From assembly GCF_009914755.1 (NCBI RefSeq), contig NC_060938.1: 64,000 bases of DNA, one strand, 5' to 3'. Position 1 is the first letter of the stretch. Each line of letters opens with the position of its first letter. The position numbers were made by a program, and so were the translations under genes. The notes under the pieces were generated by a model. The model made no database searches and had not been told where the DNA came from. It saw only the letters and a program-made list of their open reading frames with translations. Positions 45,901 through 60,400 of the stretch are shown piece after piece. This stretch comes from the human T2T-CHM13v2.0 reference genome, Homo sapiens.

Positions 45901-47240
45901 ATTGCATTCCATTCCATTATATTTCTTTCAATTCCATTCCATCCCATTCCATTCCACTCCTATGCACTCCAATCCACTCCACTCCATTGCTCTCCATTCC
46001 ATTCCTTTCAATTCCATTCCAATCCACCCCACTCCATTCCGCTCCACTCCATTCCATTCCATCCCATCCCATTCCACTATACTGCACTCCACTCGACTGC
46101 ACTCCACTCCACTTCATTCCATTCCATTCCACTCCTTTCCTTCGACAGGATCTCACTCTGTAACCCAGGCTGGAGTGCATTGGCACAATCTCAGCTCATA
46201 TTTCATTTCATCATTCCATTCTATTCCATTCCTTTCCTTTCCATTCCATTCTATTCCATTCCATGCCACCCCAATCCACTCTACTCCACTCCACTTCATT
46301 CCATTCCATTTCATTCCACTCTGCTCCACTCTTCGTCACCAAAATCCACTCCACTCCATTCCGTTTCATCCAATAGCATTCCTTTCCACTCCTCGTCCCT
46401 TCTCTCCACTCCACTCCCCTCCACTCCCCTCCACTTCATTCCATTCGATTCCATCCCATTCCATTCAATTCCACTCCACTCCACTCCTCCCCATTCCATT
46501 CCATTCCATTCCATTCCATTCCATTCCATTCCATTCCATTCCATTGCATTTTATTCCATTCCATTCCTTTCCACTCCACCCTATTCCTTTCCATTCCTTA
46601 CATTCGACAGGATCTCACTCTGTCACCGAGTCTGGAGTGCAGTGGCAGAATCTCAGCTCACATTTCATTTCACTATTTCATTCCATCCCATTCCTTTCCA
46701 TTCCATTCCATTCCACTCCATTCCCCTCCACTCCACTCCATTCCCCTCCACTCCACTCCATTCCCCTCCACTCCACTCCCCTCCATTCCCCTCCACTCCA
46801 CTCCCCTCCATTCCATTCCATTCCATTCCATTCCATTCCATTCCATTCCACTCCAATCCGTTCCACTCCACTCCACTCCACTCCATTCCAGTACATTCCA
46901 TTCCATTCCATTCCATTCCGTTCGTTTCCACTTCACCCCTCTCCACTGCACTCTACTCCACTTCATTCCATTCCATTCCACTACATTCCATTCCAGTCCA
47001 CTCCTTTCATCTCCACTCCACTTCATTCCATTCCATCGCATTCCATTCCACTCCATACCACTCCACTCCACTCTGCTATACTCCACTGAATTCCATTCCA
47101 TTCCTTTCTTTTGACAGCATCTCACTCTGTCACCCAGGCTGGCATGCAGTGGCACAAACTAGGCTCACATTTCATTTCACCATTCCATTCCATTCTATTC
47201 CATTCCATTCCATTCCATTCCATTCCATCCCATTCCATTC
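30910..47240 (+). repeat. HSat3 domain A: diverged CATTC/CACTC satellite with ~42 interspersed Alu-derived cassettes
   Basis: Continuous pentamer repeats. The cassette ctttcgacaggatctcactctgtcacccaggctggagtgcagtggcacaatctcagctcacatttcatttcacc recurs from 31093 to 47113. Confidence 0.95.
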
Positions 47241-50200
47241 CAGTCGAGTCCATTCCATTCCATTCTATTCCGTTCTATTCCATTCCCTTTCAGCCCATTC
47301 CATTATAGTCCGTTCCATTCCATTCCATACTATTCCTTTATATTCCATTCCATTCCATTCCATTCCATTCCATTCCATTTCATTCCATTCCTTTCGAGTC
47401 CATTCTATTCGATTCCATTATATTCCAGTCCATTCCAATCTATTCCATTCCATTCCATTCCATTCAATTTCATTCCATTGAATTACATTCCATTCGATTC
47501 CATTGCACTCGAGTCCATTCCATTTGTGTGCATTCCGTTCCAGTCCATTATATTGGAGTCCATTCCATTCCATTCCATTGGCTTTCATTTAACTCAATTT
47601 CATTCCATTCGAGTCTTTCCATTCCATTCCATTCCATTCCATTCAAAACAGTTCCATTCGGATCTGTTCAATTCGATGCCATTCCTTTTGATTCCGTTCC
47701 ATTAGATTCCATTCCATTTGATTCCATTCCATTCGAGTCCATTCCATTCCATTCCATTCCATTCCATTCCATAGGATTCCACTCAATTCCTGTCCTTTCC
47801 ATTCGAATCCTTTCCAATCCATTCCATTCCATTCAATTCCAATCCATTTTGTTCGATTCCATTCCGTGCCATTCCATTACATTCGATTCGATTCGATTCC
47901 ATTCCATTCCATTCCATTTCATTGCATTCCATTCCATTCCATTCCATTCCATCCATTCCATTCCATTTCATTGCATTCCATTCCATTACATTCCATTCCA
48001 TCCATTCCATTCTGTTCGAGTCCATTCCATTCCATTCCATGCTATTCCATTCCATTCGAATCCATTCCATTCCATTCCATTTCGTTGCGTTCTATTCAAT
48101 AGCATTCCTTTCGATTCCGTTCCATTCGATTCCATTCCATTCCATTCTCTTCGAGTCCATTCCATTCCATTCCATGCTATTCCATTCCATTCCATTCCAT
48201 TCCATTGCATTCCATTCCATTCCAATCCATTCCATTCCATTCGAGTTCTTGCCATTCCTGTCCATTCCATTTGAGTCCATTCCAATCCACTACATTCCAT
48301 TTGATTCCATTCCATTGAATTGCATTGCATTCGAGACTGTTCCATTCTAGTCCATTCCTTTTGATTCCATTCCATTCCATTCCTTTCGAATCAATTCCTT
48401 TCGAGTCCTTTCCATTCCAGTCCATTCCTTTCGAATCCATTCCATTGCAGTCCTTTACCTTCCAGTCCATTCCATTCCTTTCCACTCCATTCGCTTCCAT
48501 TCCATTCGATTCCATTCCATTCCACTGCATTTCATTTTAATCCATTCCATTGGAGACCATTGCATTTGAGTCCATTCCATTTAAGACCATTCGAGTACAT
48601 TCCATTTTAATGCATTCCATTCGAGTCCATTCCATTCGAGTCCAGTCTGTTCCTGTTCATTGCATTCAATTACTTTCCATTCCATTCCATTGCATTCCAT
48701 TCCATTCTATTCCATTCCATTCCTTTCCATTCCATTCCATTCCCTTCCACTCGAGACCATTCCATTCCAGTCCATTCCGTTCGTGTCCATTCCATTCGAT
48801 TCCATCCCATTCGACTCCATTCCATTCGATTCCATTCTATTCAAGTGCATTGTATTCGCGGCCATTCCAAAGGAGTCCATTACATTCGAGTCTGATAGAT
48901 TCCATTCTATTTGATTGCATTCCATTCAATTCTTTTCCAATCGATTGCATTCCATTCGAGTCCATTCCAATGGATTTCATTCCATTCAAGTCCATTCCAT
49001 ACGAGTCCATTGCATTCCAGTCCATTGCATTCGATTCCATTCCATTCCAGTCCATTACATTTGATTCCATTCCATTCCATTCTACTCCATTCCTTTCCAT
49101 TCCTTTCCTTTCCTTTCCTTTCCATTCCATTTGAGTCCATTCCCTTCGAGTCCGTGCCATTTCATTCTATTATATTCGAATCCATTCCATTCCATTCCAT
49201 TCCATTCCATTCCATTCCATTCGAGTCCATTCCATTCAAGTTTATTATATTTGAGTCCATTCTTTCCATTCCATTCTACGTGATTCCATTCCATTCCAGT
49301 CCATTAAATTCGAATTAATTCCATTCCATTGCACTTCATTCCATCTGATTCTATTCCATTCGATTCCATTCCGTTTGATTCCAATCCTTGCCATTCCATG
49401 CCATTCGATTCCATTCCATTCCATTCCTTTCCATTCCATTCCATTCCATTCCATTCCATTCCTTTCCATTCCATTCCATTCCATTCTATTCGAGACCGTT
49501 CCATTCAAGTCCTTTCAATTCGTTCCATTCCACTTTATTCCATTCCTTTTGATTCCATTCTATTCTATTACATTCCATTCGAGTCCATTCCATTTGACTC
49601 TATTCCATTTGATTCCAATCCATGCGAGTCTATTTTATTGGAGACAGTTCCATTCCAGTCCATCCATTTCGAATCCATTCCATTCCAGTTCAGTCCATTT
49701 CATTCCATTCTTTTCCCTTCCATTTGAGGCCATTCCCGTCCTTTCCATTCATTGTGATTCCATTCCGTTGAATTCCATTCCATTTGATTCTATTCCATTT
49801 GACTCCATTCCATTTGAGTCCATTCCATTCCAGTCCATTAATGCGAGTACATTCCATTCCATTCCAGTCCATTCCATCGAGTCCATATCATTCCATTCCA
49901 TTTCATTCCATTCCATTCCGTTCCATTCCATTCGATTCCATTCCATTCGATTGCATTCCATTTTATTCCATTCCTTTTGAATCCATTCCATTCCAGTCCA
50001 TTCCAATCGAGTCCATTCCATTCGATTCTATTGCATTCCAGTCCATTCCTTTTGATTCCATTCAATTTGATTCCATTCCATTCGAGTCCATTCCATTCGA
50101 GTCCCTTCCTTTCGAGTCCATTCGATTATAGTCCATTCCATTCCACTCCATTCCTTTCCATTGCATTCCATTCCATCCGATTGTATTCCATTCGAGTCAA

Positions 50201-53200
50201 TTCCATTCAAGTCTATTCCCTTCTACTCATTTACATTCGAGTACATTCCAATCCTATCCATTCCATTTTGTTCCATTCCATTCGAGTCCATTCCATTCTA
50301 GTCCATTCCAATACAATCCATTACAATCGAGTCCATCCCATTATTTACGATTCCATTACATTACATTGCATTTGAATCCATTCCATTTGAGTCCATTCTT
50401 TCGAGTCCATTCCATTGCAGTCCATTCCATTAGATTCCATCCCATTCGAGTCCATCCTACTCGATTGCATTCCATTTGAGACCATTTCGTTTAATTCCAT
50501 TCCATTCGAGTCCATTCCATTCAAATCCTTTTCATTCAAGTCCATTTCATTCAAGTACATTCCATTCCAGTCCTTTATATTCGAGTATATTCCATTCCAT
50601 TCGATTCCATTCCATTCCATTCCATTATATTCTATTTGATTCTATTCCATTTGACTCCATTCCATGTGAGTCCATTTGATTCCAGTCCTTTCCATTACAG
50701 TCCTTTACATTCGAGTCCATTCCATTCCATTCCACTCCGTTGGATTCCATTCCATTTGATTGCATTTCATTCCCTTCGAATCCATTCCATTCGATTCCAT
50801 TCCATTCAATTGCATTCCTTTCAAGTCCATTCCATTGGAGTCCATTCCATTCGAGTCCATTCCATTTCAGTCCATTCCATTTGATTCGATTCCAATCCAT
50901 TCCATTCTCTTCCATTCCATTCCATGCGAAACCGTTCCCTTCCAGTCCATTTCATTCAATTCCTTTCCATTAGATTCCATTCCATTCGATTGCATTCCAT
51001 TCGAGTCCATTCCTTTCGAGTACATTCCATTCGAATCCATTCCATTGGAGTCCATAGCATTCCATTCCATTACATTAGAGTCCATTCCATTCCATTCCAT
51101 TCTATTCTGTTCCGTTGCATTCCATTGCATTCGATTCCATTCCATTCGGGTCCATTCCATTAGAGCCCATTCCATTCCATTCCATTCGAGTACGTTCCAC
51201 CCCATTCTATTCCAGTCCGGTCCATTCCATTTGGTCCCATTCTAATTTATTCCATTAAATTCGATTCCATTCCATTCCATTCCATTCCATTCCATTCCAG
51301 TCCTTTCTATTGCATTCCATTCCATTCCATTCCATTCCATTCTGTACGATTTCATTCCATTTCATTCCATTCCATTCAATTCATTTACATTCTACTCGAT
51401 TCCATTCCATTCAATTTGATTCCATTGCATTCCACTCCATTCCGTTCCATTGTGTTCCTTTCCATTCCTTTTAATTGCATTCAATTCAATTCCATTCCAT
51501 TCCAGTCCATTCCATTCCATTCCATTCCATTCCATTCCATTGCAATCAATTCCATTCCATTCAACTCCAATCCTTTGGGGTCCATTCCATTCCATTCCAT
51601 TGCATTCAATTCCATTTCATTCGACTCCAGTCCTTTGGAGTTCATTCCATTCCATTCCATTCCACTCCACTTCACTAAACTCCATTCCATCCACTCCACT
51701 TCCTTCCATTCCACTCCTTTGCAATCCATTAACTCCATTCCATTCTATTCCATTCCATTCCATTGCATTACATTCCACTCCACTCCATTACACTCCATTC
51801 CGTTCAATTCCACTCCTTCCCCTTCCATTACATTTGACTCCATTAAACTCCACTCCCCTCCTCTACATTCAATTCCATTCCACCCCATTCCATTCCAGTC
51901 TATTACACTCCACTCCACTTCACCGCAATCCGTTCGATTCTATTTGGTGCCGTTCAACTCCTTTCAATTTGATTCCATTCCATTTGATTCCATTCCATTC
52001 GATTCCATTCCATTTAATTTGATTCCACTCCATTTGATTCCATTCCATTCGATCCGTTTTCATTTGATTTCATTCCATTCGTTTCTGTTACATTCGATTC
52101 TCTTACATTCGATTCTGTTACATTCCATTCCATTCCATTGGATTCCATTCCGTTCCATTCCATTCCATTCCTTTCCAGTCCATTCCAATCGATTCCATTC
52201 AATTGAATTCATTTCCACTAGATTCCATTCCGTTCAAGTCCATTTCATTCGAGTCCATTCAATTCCAGTCCATTCCATTCGAGTTCATTCCATTTGATTC
52301 CATTCCTTTCCATTATATTACATTACATTACATTCTATTATATTTGATTCCAATCCATTCGAGTCGATTCCATTCCAGTCTATTCCATTGGATTCCATTC
52401 TATTCAATTCCATTCCATTTGATTCCATTACATTAGATTCCATTCCATTCTATTGCATTCCATTCGAGTTCATTCCATTCCAATCCATTCCATTCGAGTC
52501 CACTCAATTCCTGTCCATTACGTTTGGGTCCATTCCATTTCATTCCATTCTATTCCATTCCATTCCATTCCATTCTGTCCGATTCCATTCCATTAGATTA
52601 CAATCCATTAGATTCTTTGCCATTTATCTCCATTCCACTCAATTACATTCCATTCGATTCCATTCCATTCCATTCCACACCATTCCATTCCATTCGATTG
52701 CATTCCTTTCTGTTCCATTCCATTCGATTCTATTGCCATCGATTCCATTCCTTTCGATTCCTTTCCTTTTTCGTCCATTCTATTCGAGTCCATTCCATTT
52801 GAGTCCATTCTATTCCAGTGCATTCCATTCGAGTCCATTCCATTCCATTTCATTCCATTAGTTTCCATTCCATTCAAGACTTCCACTCGATTCCATTCCT
52901 TTTGATTCCATTCCATTTCATTCCATTCCATTGCATTCCATTCGATTGCATTCCATTTGATTCCATTCCATTAAATTAGATTTCATTCCATTCTATTCCA
53001 TTCTATTCAATTCCTTTCCTTTCGAGTCCTTTCCATTCGAGTCCATTCTAATTAATTCCATTTCCTTCCTGTCCATTTCATTCGATTCCTTTCCATTCGA
53101 TTCCATTCCATTCGATTCCATCCCGATTGATTCCATTCCGTTCGATTACATTCCATTCGAGTCCATCCAATTGAATCCATTCCATTTCAGTCCATTCTAT

Positions 53201-54480
53201 TCGTGTCCATTCCATTCCATTCCATTTTATTCCATTCGAGTCCCTTCCATTCAATTCCATTCCCTTTGAATCTGTTCCATTTCAGTCCATTCCATTCGAG
53301 TCCATTCCATTCCGGTACATTTCATTCGAGTCCATTCCATTCTATTCCATTCTATTCCTTTCCATTCCATTCGATTAGATTCCATTTGGGACCGTTCTAT
53401 TACACTCCATTCCATTAGAGTCCATTCCAGTCTATTCCATTGCATTCCACTCCATTCAATTCCATTCCATTCAATTCCAATTCATTCCAATCCATTCAAT
53501 TCCAGTCCATTCCATTCCTTTCCTTTGCATTCCATTCCGTTCAAATCCATTCCACTTCATTCCATTCCATTCCATTCCATTCCATTCCATTCCATTCCAA
53601 TTCATTCCAGTCCATTCCATTCCAGTCCATTCCATTCCTTTCCTTTCCATTCTATTCCGTTCAAATCCATTCCATTCCATTCCGTTCCATTCCATTCCAT
53701 ACCATTCCACTCCATTCCATGCCATTCCAGTCCATTCCTTTTGAGTCCATTCCGTTCAAATCTATTCCATTCCGTTCCATTCCGTTCCATTCCATGCCAT
53801 TAGATTCTATTCCATTCCATTGTGTTACATTCAATTCCATTCCATTCCATTTGAATCCATTCCATTATATTCCATTCCATTCCCTTCCCTTCCATTCGAT
53901 TCCATTCCATTTGATTTGATTCGATTCCTTTCCATTTTAATCCATTCCATTCCATTAAATTCTATTCCATTCCATTCGATTCCATTTCATTCAATTCCAT
54001 TCCTTTCGATTCCATTCCACTCCAGGCCATTTCATTCGAGTCCGTTCCATTCCATTAAATTCTATTCCATTCTATTCCACTCCATTCCATTCCATTCTTT
54101 TCCATTCCATTCCTTTCCTTTCAGGACCATTCCATTCCTGTCCATTCCATTCGAATCCATTCTATTCCATTTGATTCCATTCTGTTCGATTCCTTTCCAT
54201 TCGATTGCATTCCATTCCAGTCCATTCCATTTGAGTCCATTCCATTTCTATTCCTTTCTTTTCCATTCTTTTCCATTCGAGTCCATTCCATTCCACTCGA
54301 TTCTATTCCATTTGATTCCATTGCATTCCAGACCGTTCCATTCCGTTCCATTCAATTCAAGTCCATTCCATTCGATTACATTTCATTAGATTCCATTTCA
54401 TTCGATTCCATTCCATTCGAGTCCATTCCATTCCATTCCATTCCAGTCTATTCCATTCGAATCCATTCTGTTCTATTCCA
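47241..54480 (+). repeat. HSat3 domain B: cassette-free, CATTC/GAGTC/GATTC-rich satellite
   Basis: Dense cattcgagtc and cattcgattc, few CACTC, and no Alu cassette between the copies at 47113 and 54902. Lacks the gatgattcc motif typical of HSat2. Confidence 0.9.
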
Positions 54481-57400
54481 TTCCATTCCATACCACTCCG
54501 TTCTACTTTACTCCACTCCACTACACTAAATTCCATTATATCCAACTCCATTCCATGCCATTCCACTACTCTCCTCTGCACTGCACTCCACAGCCCTCCA
54601 TTCCACTCCATCCCATTCCATTCTGCTCCATTCCACTGCAATCTTCTCCACCCCACTCATCTCCACTTCATTCCATTCCATTCCATTCCATTCCATTCCA
54701 TTCCATTCCATTCCACTCCACTCCATTCCATTCCATTCCATTCCATTCCATTCCATTCCATTCCACTCCATTCCATTCCATTCCATCTCATTGCATTCGT
54801 CTCCATTCCAGTCAACTCTACTTCACCCCACTCCTCTCCACTTCAGTCCACTCCATTCGATTCCATTCCATTCACTGCATTCTGTTCTATTCCTTTCTTT
54901 CAAAAGTATCTCACTCTGTCACCCAGCCTGCAGCGCAGTGACACAATCTCAGCTCACATTTCATTTCATCATTCAATTGCATTCCATTCCACTCTATTCC
55001 ACTCTACTCCACTCCACTCCAATCCATTCCACTCCACTCGACTCCAGTCCATTCCACTCCACTCCTTTCCATTCCATCCCATTTCATTCCAGTCCTTTCC
55101 ACTCCACACCAATCCTCCCCACTCCATTCCATTCCACTCCTTTCCTTTCCATTCCTTTCTTTTGACAGGATCTCACTCTGTCACCAAGGCTTGTGTGCAG
55201 TGGCACAATCTCATCTCATATTTTAGTTCACCATTTCATTCCATTCCATTCTATTACACTGCACTCCACTCCACTCCACTGAATTCTACTCCACTCCACT
55301 CCAATCGATTCGATTCCATTCCATTCCAATCCCTTCCATTCCACTCCTTTCTTTCGACAGGATCTCCCTCTGTCACACAGGCTGTAGCACGTGGCACAAT
55401 CTCAGCACACATTCCTTTTCACCATTTCATTCCATTCCATTTCATTCCATTCCATTCCATTACAATTCATTCCATTCCACTGCATTCCATTTCACTCTAC
55501 TCCAGTCCACTCCACTCCATTTCATTCCGCCGCATTCCATTCCACTCTTTTCCACTCTTTTCCACTCCATTCCACTCCATTCCATTTCATTCCACTCCAT
55601 TCCATTCCACTCCACTCCACTCCTCTCAATCCCATTCCACTCCACTCCACTCCATTTCACTCCACTCCATTCCATTTCATTCCATTCCACTCCATTCCAT
55701 TCCCTTCCACTCCATTCCATTCCCTTCCCTTCCATTCCATTCCATTCCATTGCATTCCACTCCACTCCTTTCCTCTCCCTTCCATTACACTCCACTCAAT
55801 TCCATACCATTCCATTCCTTACCATTCCATTCCTTACCATTCCATTCCACTCCACTCCATTCCATTCCATTGCAGTCCACTCCACTCTGCTCCACTCCAC
55901 TCCACTTCACTGCACTCCTTTTCACTCCATTCCATTTCACTCCATTGCATTCCATTCCTTTCTTTCGACACTATATCACTGTCACTCAGGCTGGAGAGCA
56001 GTGGCACAGTCTCTGCTCACATTACATGACAACTTTCCATTTCATTGCATTCTATTCCATTGCATTCCATTGCATTCCATTCAATTCCATTCTATTCCAT
56101 TCCATTCCTTTCCACTCCACTCCACTCCACATTCCATCCCATTCCACTCCACTCCACTCCACTACATTACCTCACATCCAATTCCATTCCACTCCATTCC
56201 ACTCCTCTCCACTCCCCTTCTCTCTAAACCACTCCATTCCACTCCATCCCATTCCATTCCACTGCATTCCACTGGTCTCCGCTCCACCCCACTCCACTCC
56301 ACTTTATTCCATTCCATTCCATCCCATTCCATTCCTCTCCATTCCACTCCACTCCACTCCACTTCACTTCACTCCACTCTAGTCCACTCCATTCCAATCC
56401 ATTCCATTCCACTACATTCCATTCCATTCCTTTCTTTCGAGAGTATTTCACTCCATCACCCAGCCTGGAGAGCAGTGGCACAATCTCAGCTGACATTTCA
56501 TTTCACCATTCCATTCAATTCCGTTCCATTCAGTTCCATTCTGCTGTACTCCACTCCACTCCATTGCAATCCATTCCACTTCACTGCACTCCATTCCATT
56601 CCACTCCACTCCTTTCCCTTCCATCCCATTCCATTGCACTCCTTTCCTCTCCAATCCACTCTACTCCACTCCATTCCATTCCATTGCACTCCATTAGATT
56701 GCATTCCTTTCGTTTGACAGGATCTCACTCTGTCACCCAGGCAGGAGTGCAGTGGCACAATCTCAGCCCATTTTTCATTTCACCATTCCATTCCTTTCCA
56801 TTCCACTGCACTCCACTCCAATACACTGAATTCCACTCCACTCCACTCCAACCTATTCCATTCCGTGCAATTCCAATCCCTTCCATTCCACTCCTTTCTT
56901 TTGACAAGATCTCCCTCTCTCACACAGGGTGTAGCGCAGTGGGACAATCTCAGCACACATTTCTTTTCACCATTCCTTTCCACTTCATTTCATTCCTTTC
57001 CATTCCTTTTCATTCCATTCCATTCATTTCCATTGCATTCCATCCCACTCCATTCCATTCCATTCCACTCCATTCAATTCCATTCCACTCCATTCCATCC
57101 CATTCCACTCCACTCCATTCCATTCCACTCCAATCCATTCCACTCCACTCCTCTCCACTCCACTCCTCTCTACTCCACTCCACTCCATTCCTTTCCATTC
57201 CATTCCATTCCATTCCATTCCATTCCATTCCATTCCATACCATTCCTTTCCTTTCTTTCCAAAGGATTTCACTCTGTCACAGAGGCTAGAGTGAAGTGGC
57301 ACAATCTCAGCTCACATTTCTTTTCACCATTCAATTACATTCCACTCCATCCCATTCCAGTCGACTCCATTGCACTAAACTCCATTCCACTCCACTCAAA

Positions 57401-60400
57401 TCCATTCCATTCCATTCCATAACATTTCACTCTATTGCATTCCATAGCTTCCTTTCCACTGTATATCACTGTGTCACCCAGGCTTGAGTGCAGTGGCACT
57501 ATCTCAGCTCATATTACGTGTCAACTTTCCGTTGCATTGCATTCTATTCCATTGCATTCAATTGCATTCCATTCCTTTCCATTACATCCTTTCCATTCCA
57601 TTCCTTTCCCTTCTATTCCACTCCTTTCGACTCCACTCCACTCCTCTACATTCCATTACATCCGATTCCATTCCACTCCTCTCCATTCATCTGCACTCCA
57701 CTCCACTCCATTCCACTCCATCCCAATCCATTCCGCTCCATTCTACTGCACTTCCCTCCACCCCTCTCCACTCCACTTCATTCCATTCCATTCCATCCCA
57801 TTCCATTCCCCTCCATTCCACTCCACTCCACTTCTCTCCGGTCCACTCCTCTCCAGTTCACTCCATTCCACTCCACTCCACTCCACTCCACTCCAATCAC
57901 TCCATTCCACTGCATTCCATTCCATTCTTTTCTTTCGAGAGTATCTCACTCTGTCACCCAGCCTGGAGTGTAGTGGCACAATCTCAGCACACATTTCATT
58001 TCACCATTCCTTTCCATTCTATTCCATTCCATTCGATTCAACTCCACTCCACTCCAATGCATTCCACTCCTCTCCATTCCCGTCCATTCCATTCCACTCC
58101 TTTCCATTCCACTCCTTTCCACTCCACTCCCCTCCAATCCACTCCATTCCATTCCACTCCATTCTATTCCTTTGTTTTGACGGGGTCTCACTCTGTCACC
58201 CAGGCTGGTGTGCAGTGGCACAATCTCAGCTCATATTTCATTTCACCATTTCACTCCAGTCCATTCCATTCCACTGCACTCCACTCCACTCCACTCAATT
58301 CCATTCCACCCCACTCCAATCCATTCCATTCCATTCCATTCCAATCCCTAACATTCCACTCCTTTCTTTTGACAGGATCTCTCTGTGTCACACAGGCTGC
58401 AGCACAGTGGCACAATCTCAGCACACATTTCTTTTCACCATTTCATTCCATTCCATTCCATTCTATTCCTTTCCATTCCAATCCCTTCCACTGCACTCCA
58501 CTCCACTCCTCTCCATTCCCCTCCACTCCACTCCATTCCACTCCATGCCACTCCATTCCACTCCACTCCACTCCATTCCATTCCACTCTACTCCACTCCA
58601 CTCCATTCCACTCCATTCCACTCCGTGCCACTCCATTCCACTCCACTCCACTCCATTCCATTCCACTCTACTCCACTCCACTCCTCTCCATTCCACTCCA
58701 ATCCATCCCACTCCATTCCACTCCATGCCACTCCATTCCACTCCACTCCACTCCATTCCATTCCACTCTATTCCACTCCACTCCACTCAATGCCACTCCC
58801 CTCCACTACACTCCATTCCACTCCACTCCTCTCCACTCCACTCCACTCCTCTCCACTGCATTACATTCTACTCCACTCCACTCCCCTCCACTGCATTACA
58901 TTCCCCTCCATTCCATTCAATTCCTTTCTTTCCACAGGATTTCACTCTGTCACAGAAGCTGGAGTGCAGTATCACAATCTCAGCTCACATTTCTTTTCAC
59001 CATTCCATAGTATTCCATTCCATCCCATTCCATTCCACTCTATTTCATTCCACTCCACTCCACTCCTTTCCGTTCCACTCCACTCCGTTCCATTCCACTC
59101 CACCCCATTCCATTGGACTCCACTCCATTCCACCCCATTCCACTCCACTGCACTCCACTCCACCCCACTCCATTCCATTCCACTCCATTCCATTCCATTG
59201 CACTCCATTCCATTCCATTCCATTCCACTCCTTTCCATTCCATTCTACTCCACTCCATTCCGCTCTACTCCATTCAACTCTACTCCTCTCCACTCCACTG
59301 CATTCCATTCCATTCCACTCCATTCCATGCCATTCCATTTCACTCCACTCCTTTCCATTCCATTCCACTCCACTCCATTCCACTCCACTCCTTTCCATTC
59401 CATTCCACTCCACCCCATTGCACTCCACTCCATTCCACTCTACTCCCCTCCACTCCACTCCATTCCATTCCATTCCACTCCATTCCATGCCATTCCACTC
59501 CATTCCAGTCCACTCCATTCCAGTCCACTCCATTCCACTCTACTCCATTCCACTGCACTCCACTCCATTCCATTCCATTCTACTCCATTCCATTCCATTC
59601 CTTTATTTCTACTGGATCTCACTCTATCAACCAGACTGGAGTTCAGTGGCACAATCTTAGATCACATTTCATTTCACCATTCCATTCCATTCCATTCAAT
59701 TCCATTCCATACCACTCCGTTCCACTCCACTCCACTCCACTTAATTCCATTACATCCGATTCCTTTCCACTCCATTCCACTCCTCTCCTCTCCACTGCAC
59801 TCCACTCCATTCCACTCCATCCTATTCCAATCTGCTCCATTCCACTGCAATCCCCTCCACCCCACTCATCTCTGTTTCATTCCATTCCATTCCATCCCAT
59901 TCCAGTCCACTCCACTTCACCCCACTCCATTTCACTGCAGTCCACTCCATTCCATTCCACTGCATTAAGTTCTATTCCTTTCTTTTGAAAGAATCTCACT
60001 CTGCCACCCAGCCTGGAGTGCAGTGACACAATCTCGGGTCACATTTCATTTCACGATTCTATTCCATTCCATTCTATTCTACTCCACTCCACTCTTCTCC
60101 ACTCCACTCCAATCCATTCCACTCCACTACACTCCACTCCATTCCAGTCCACTCCACTACACTCCATTCCATCCCTCGCCATTCCACTCCTTTCCACTCC
60201 ACTCCACTCCATTCCATTCCATTCCACTCCATTCCATTCCATTCCTTTCTTTTGACAGAATCTCACTCTGTCACCCAGGCTGGTGTGCAGTGGCACAGTC
60301 TCATCTTACATTTCACATCAGCATTCCATTCCATTCCATTCTATTCCACTGCACTCCACTGCACTCCACTCCACTCAATTCGACTCCACTCCAGTCCAAT

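Noticed and set aside
47241-54480. HSat2 assignment of domain B
   Set aside because: It contains cattcgattc but lacks the recurrent gatgattcc motif and keeps the 5-bp register, so it fits HSat3 better.
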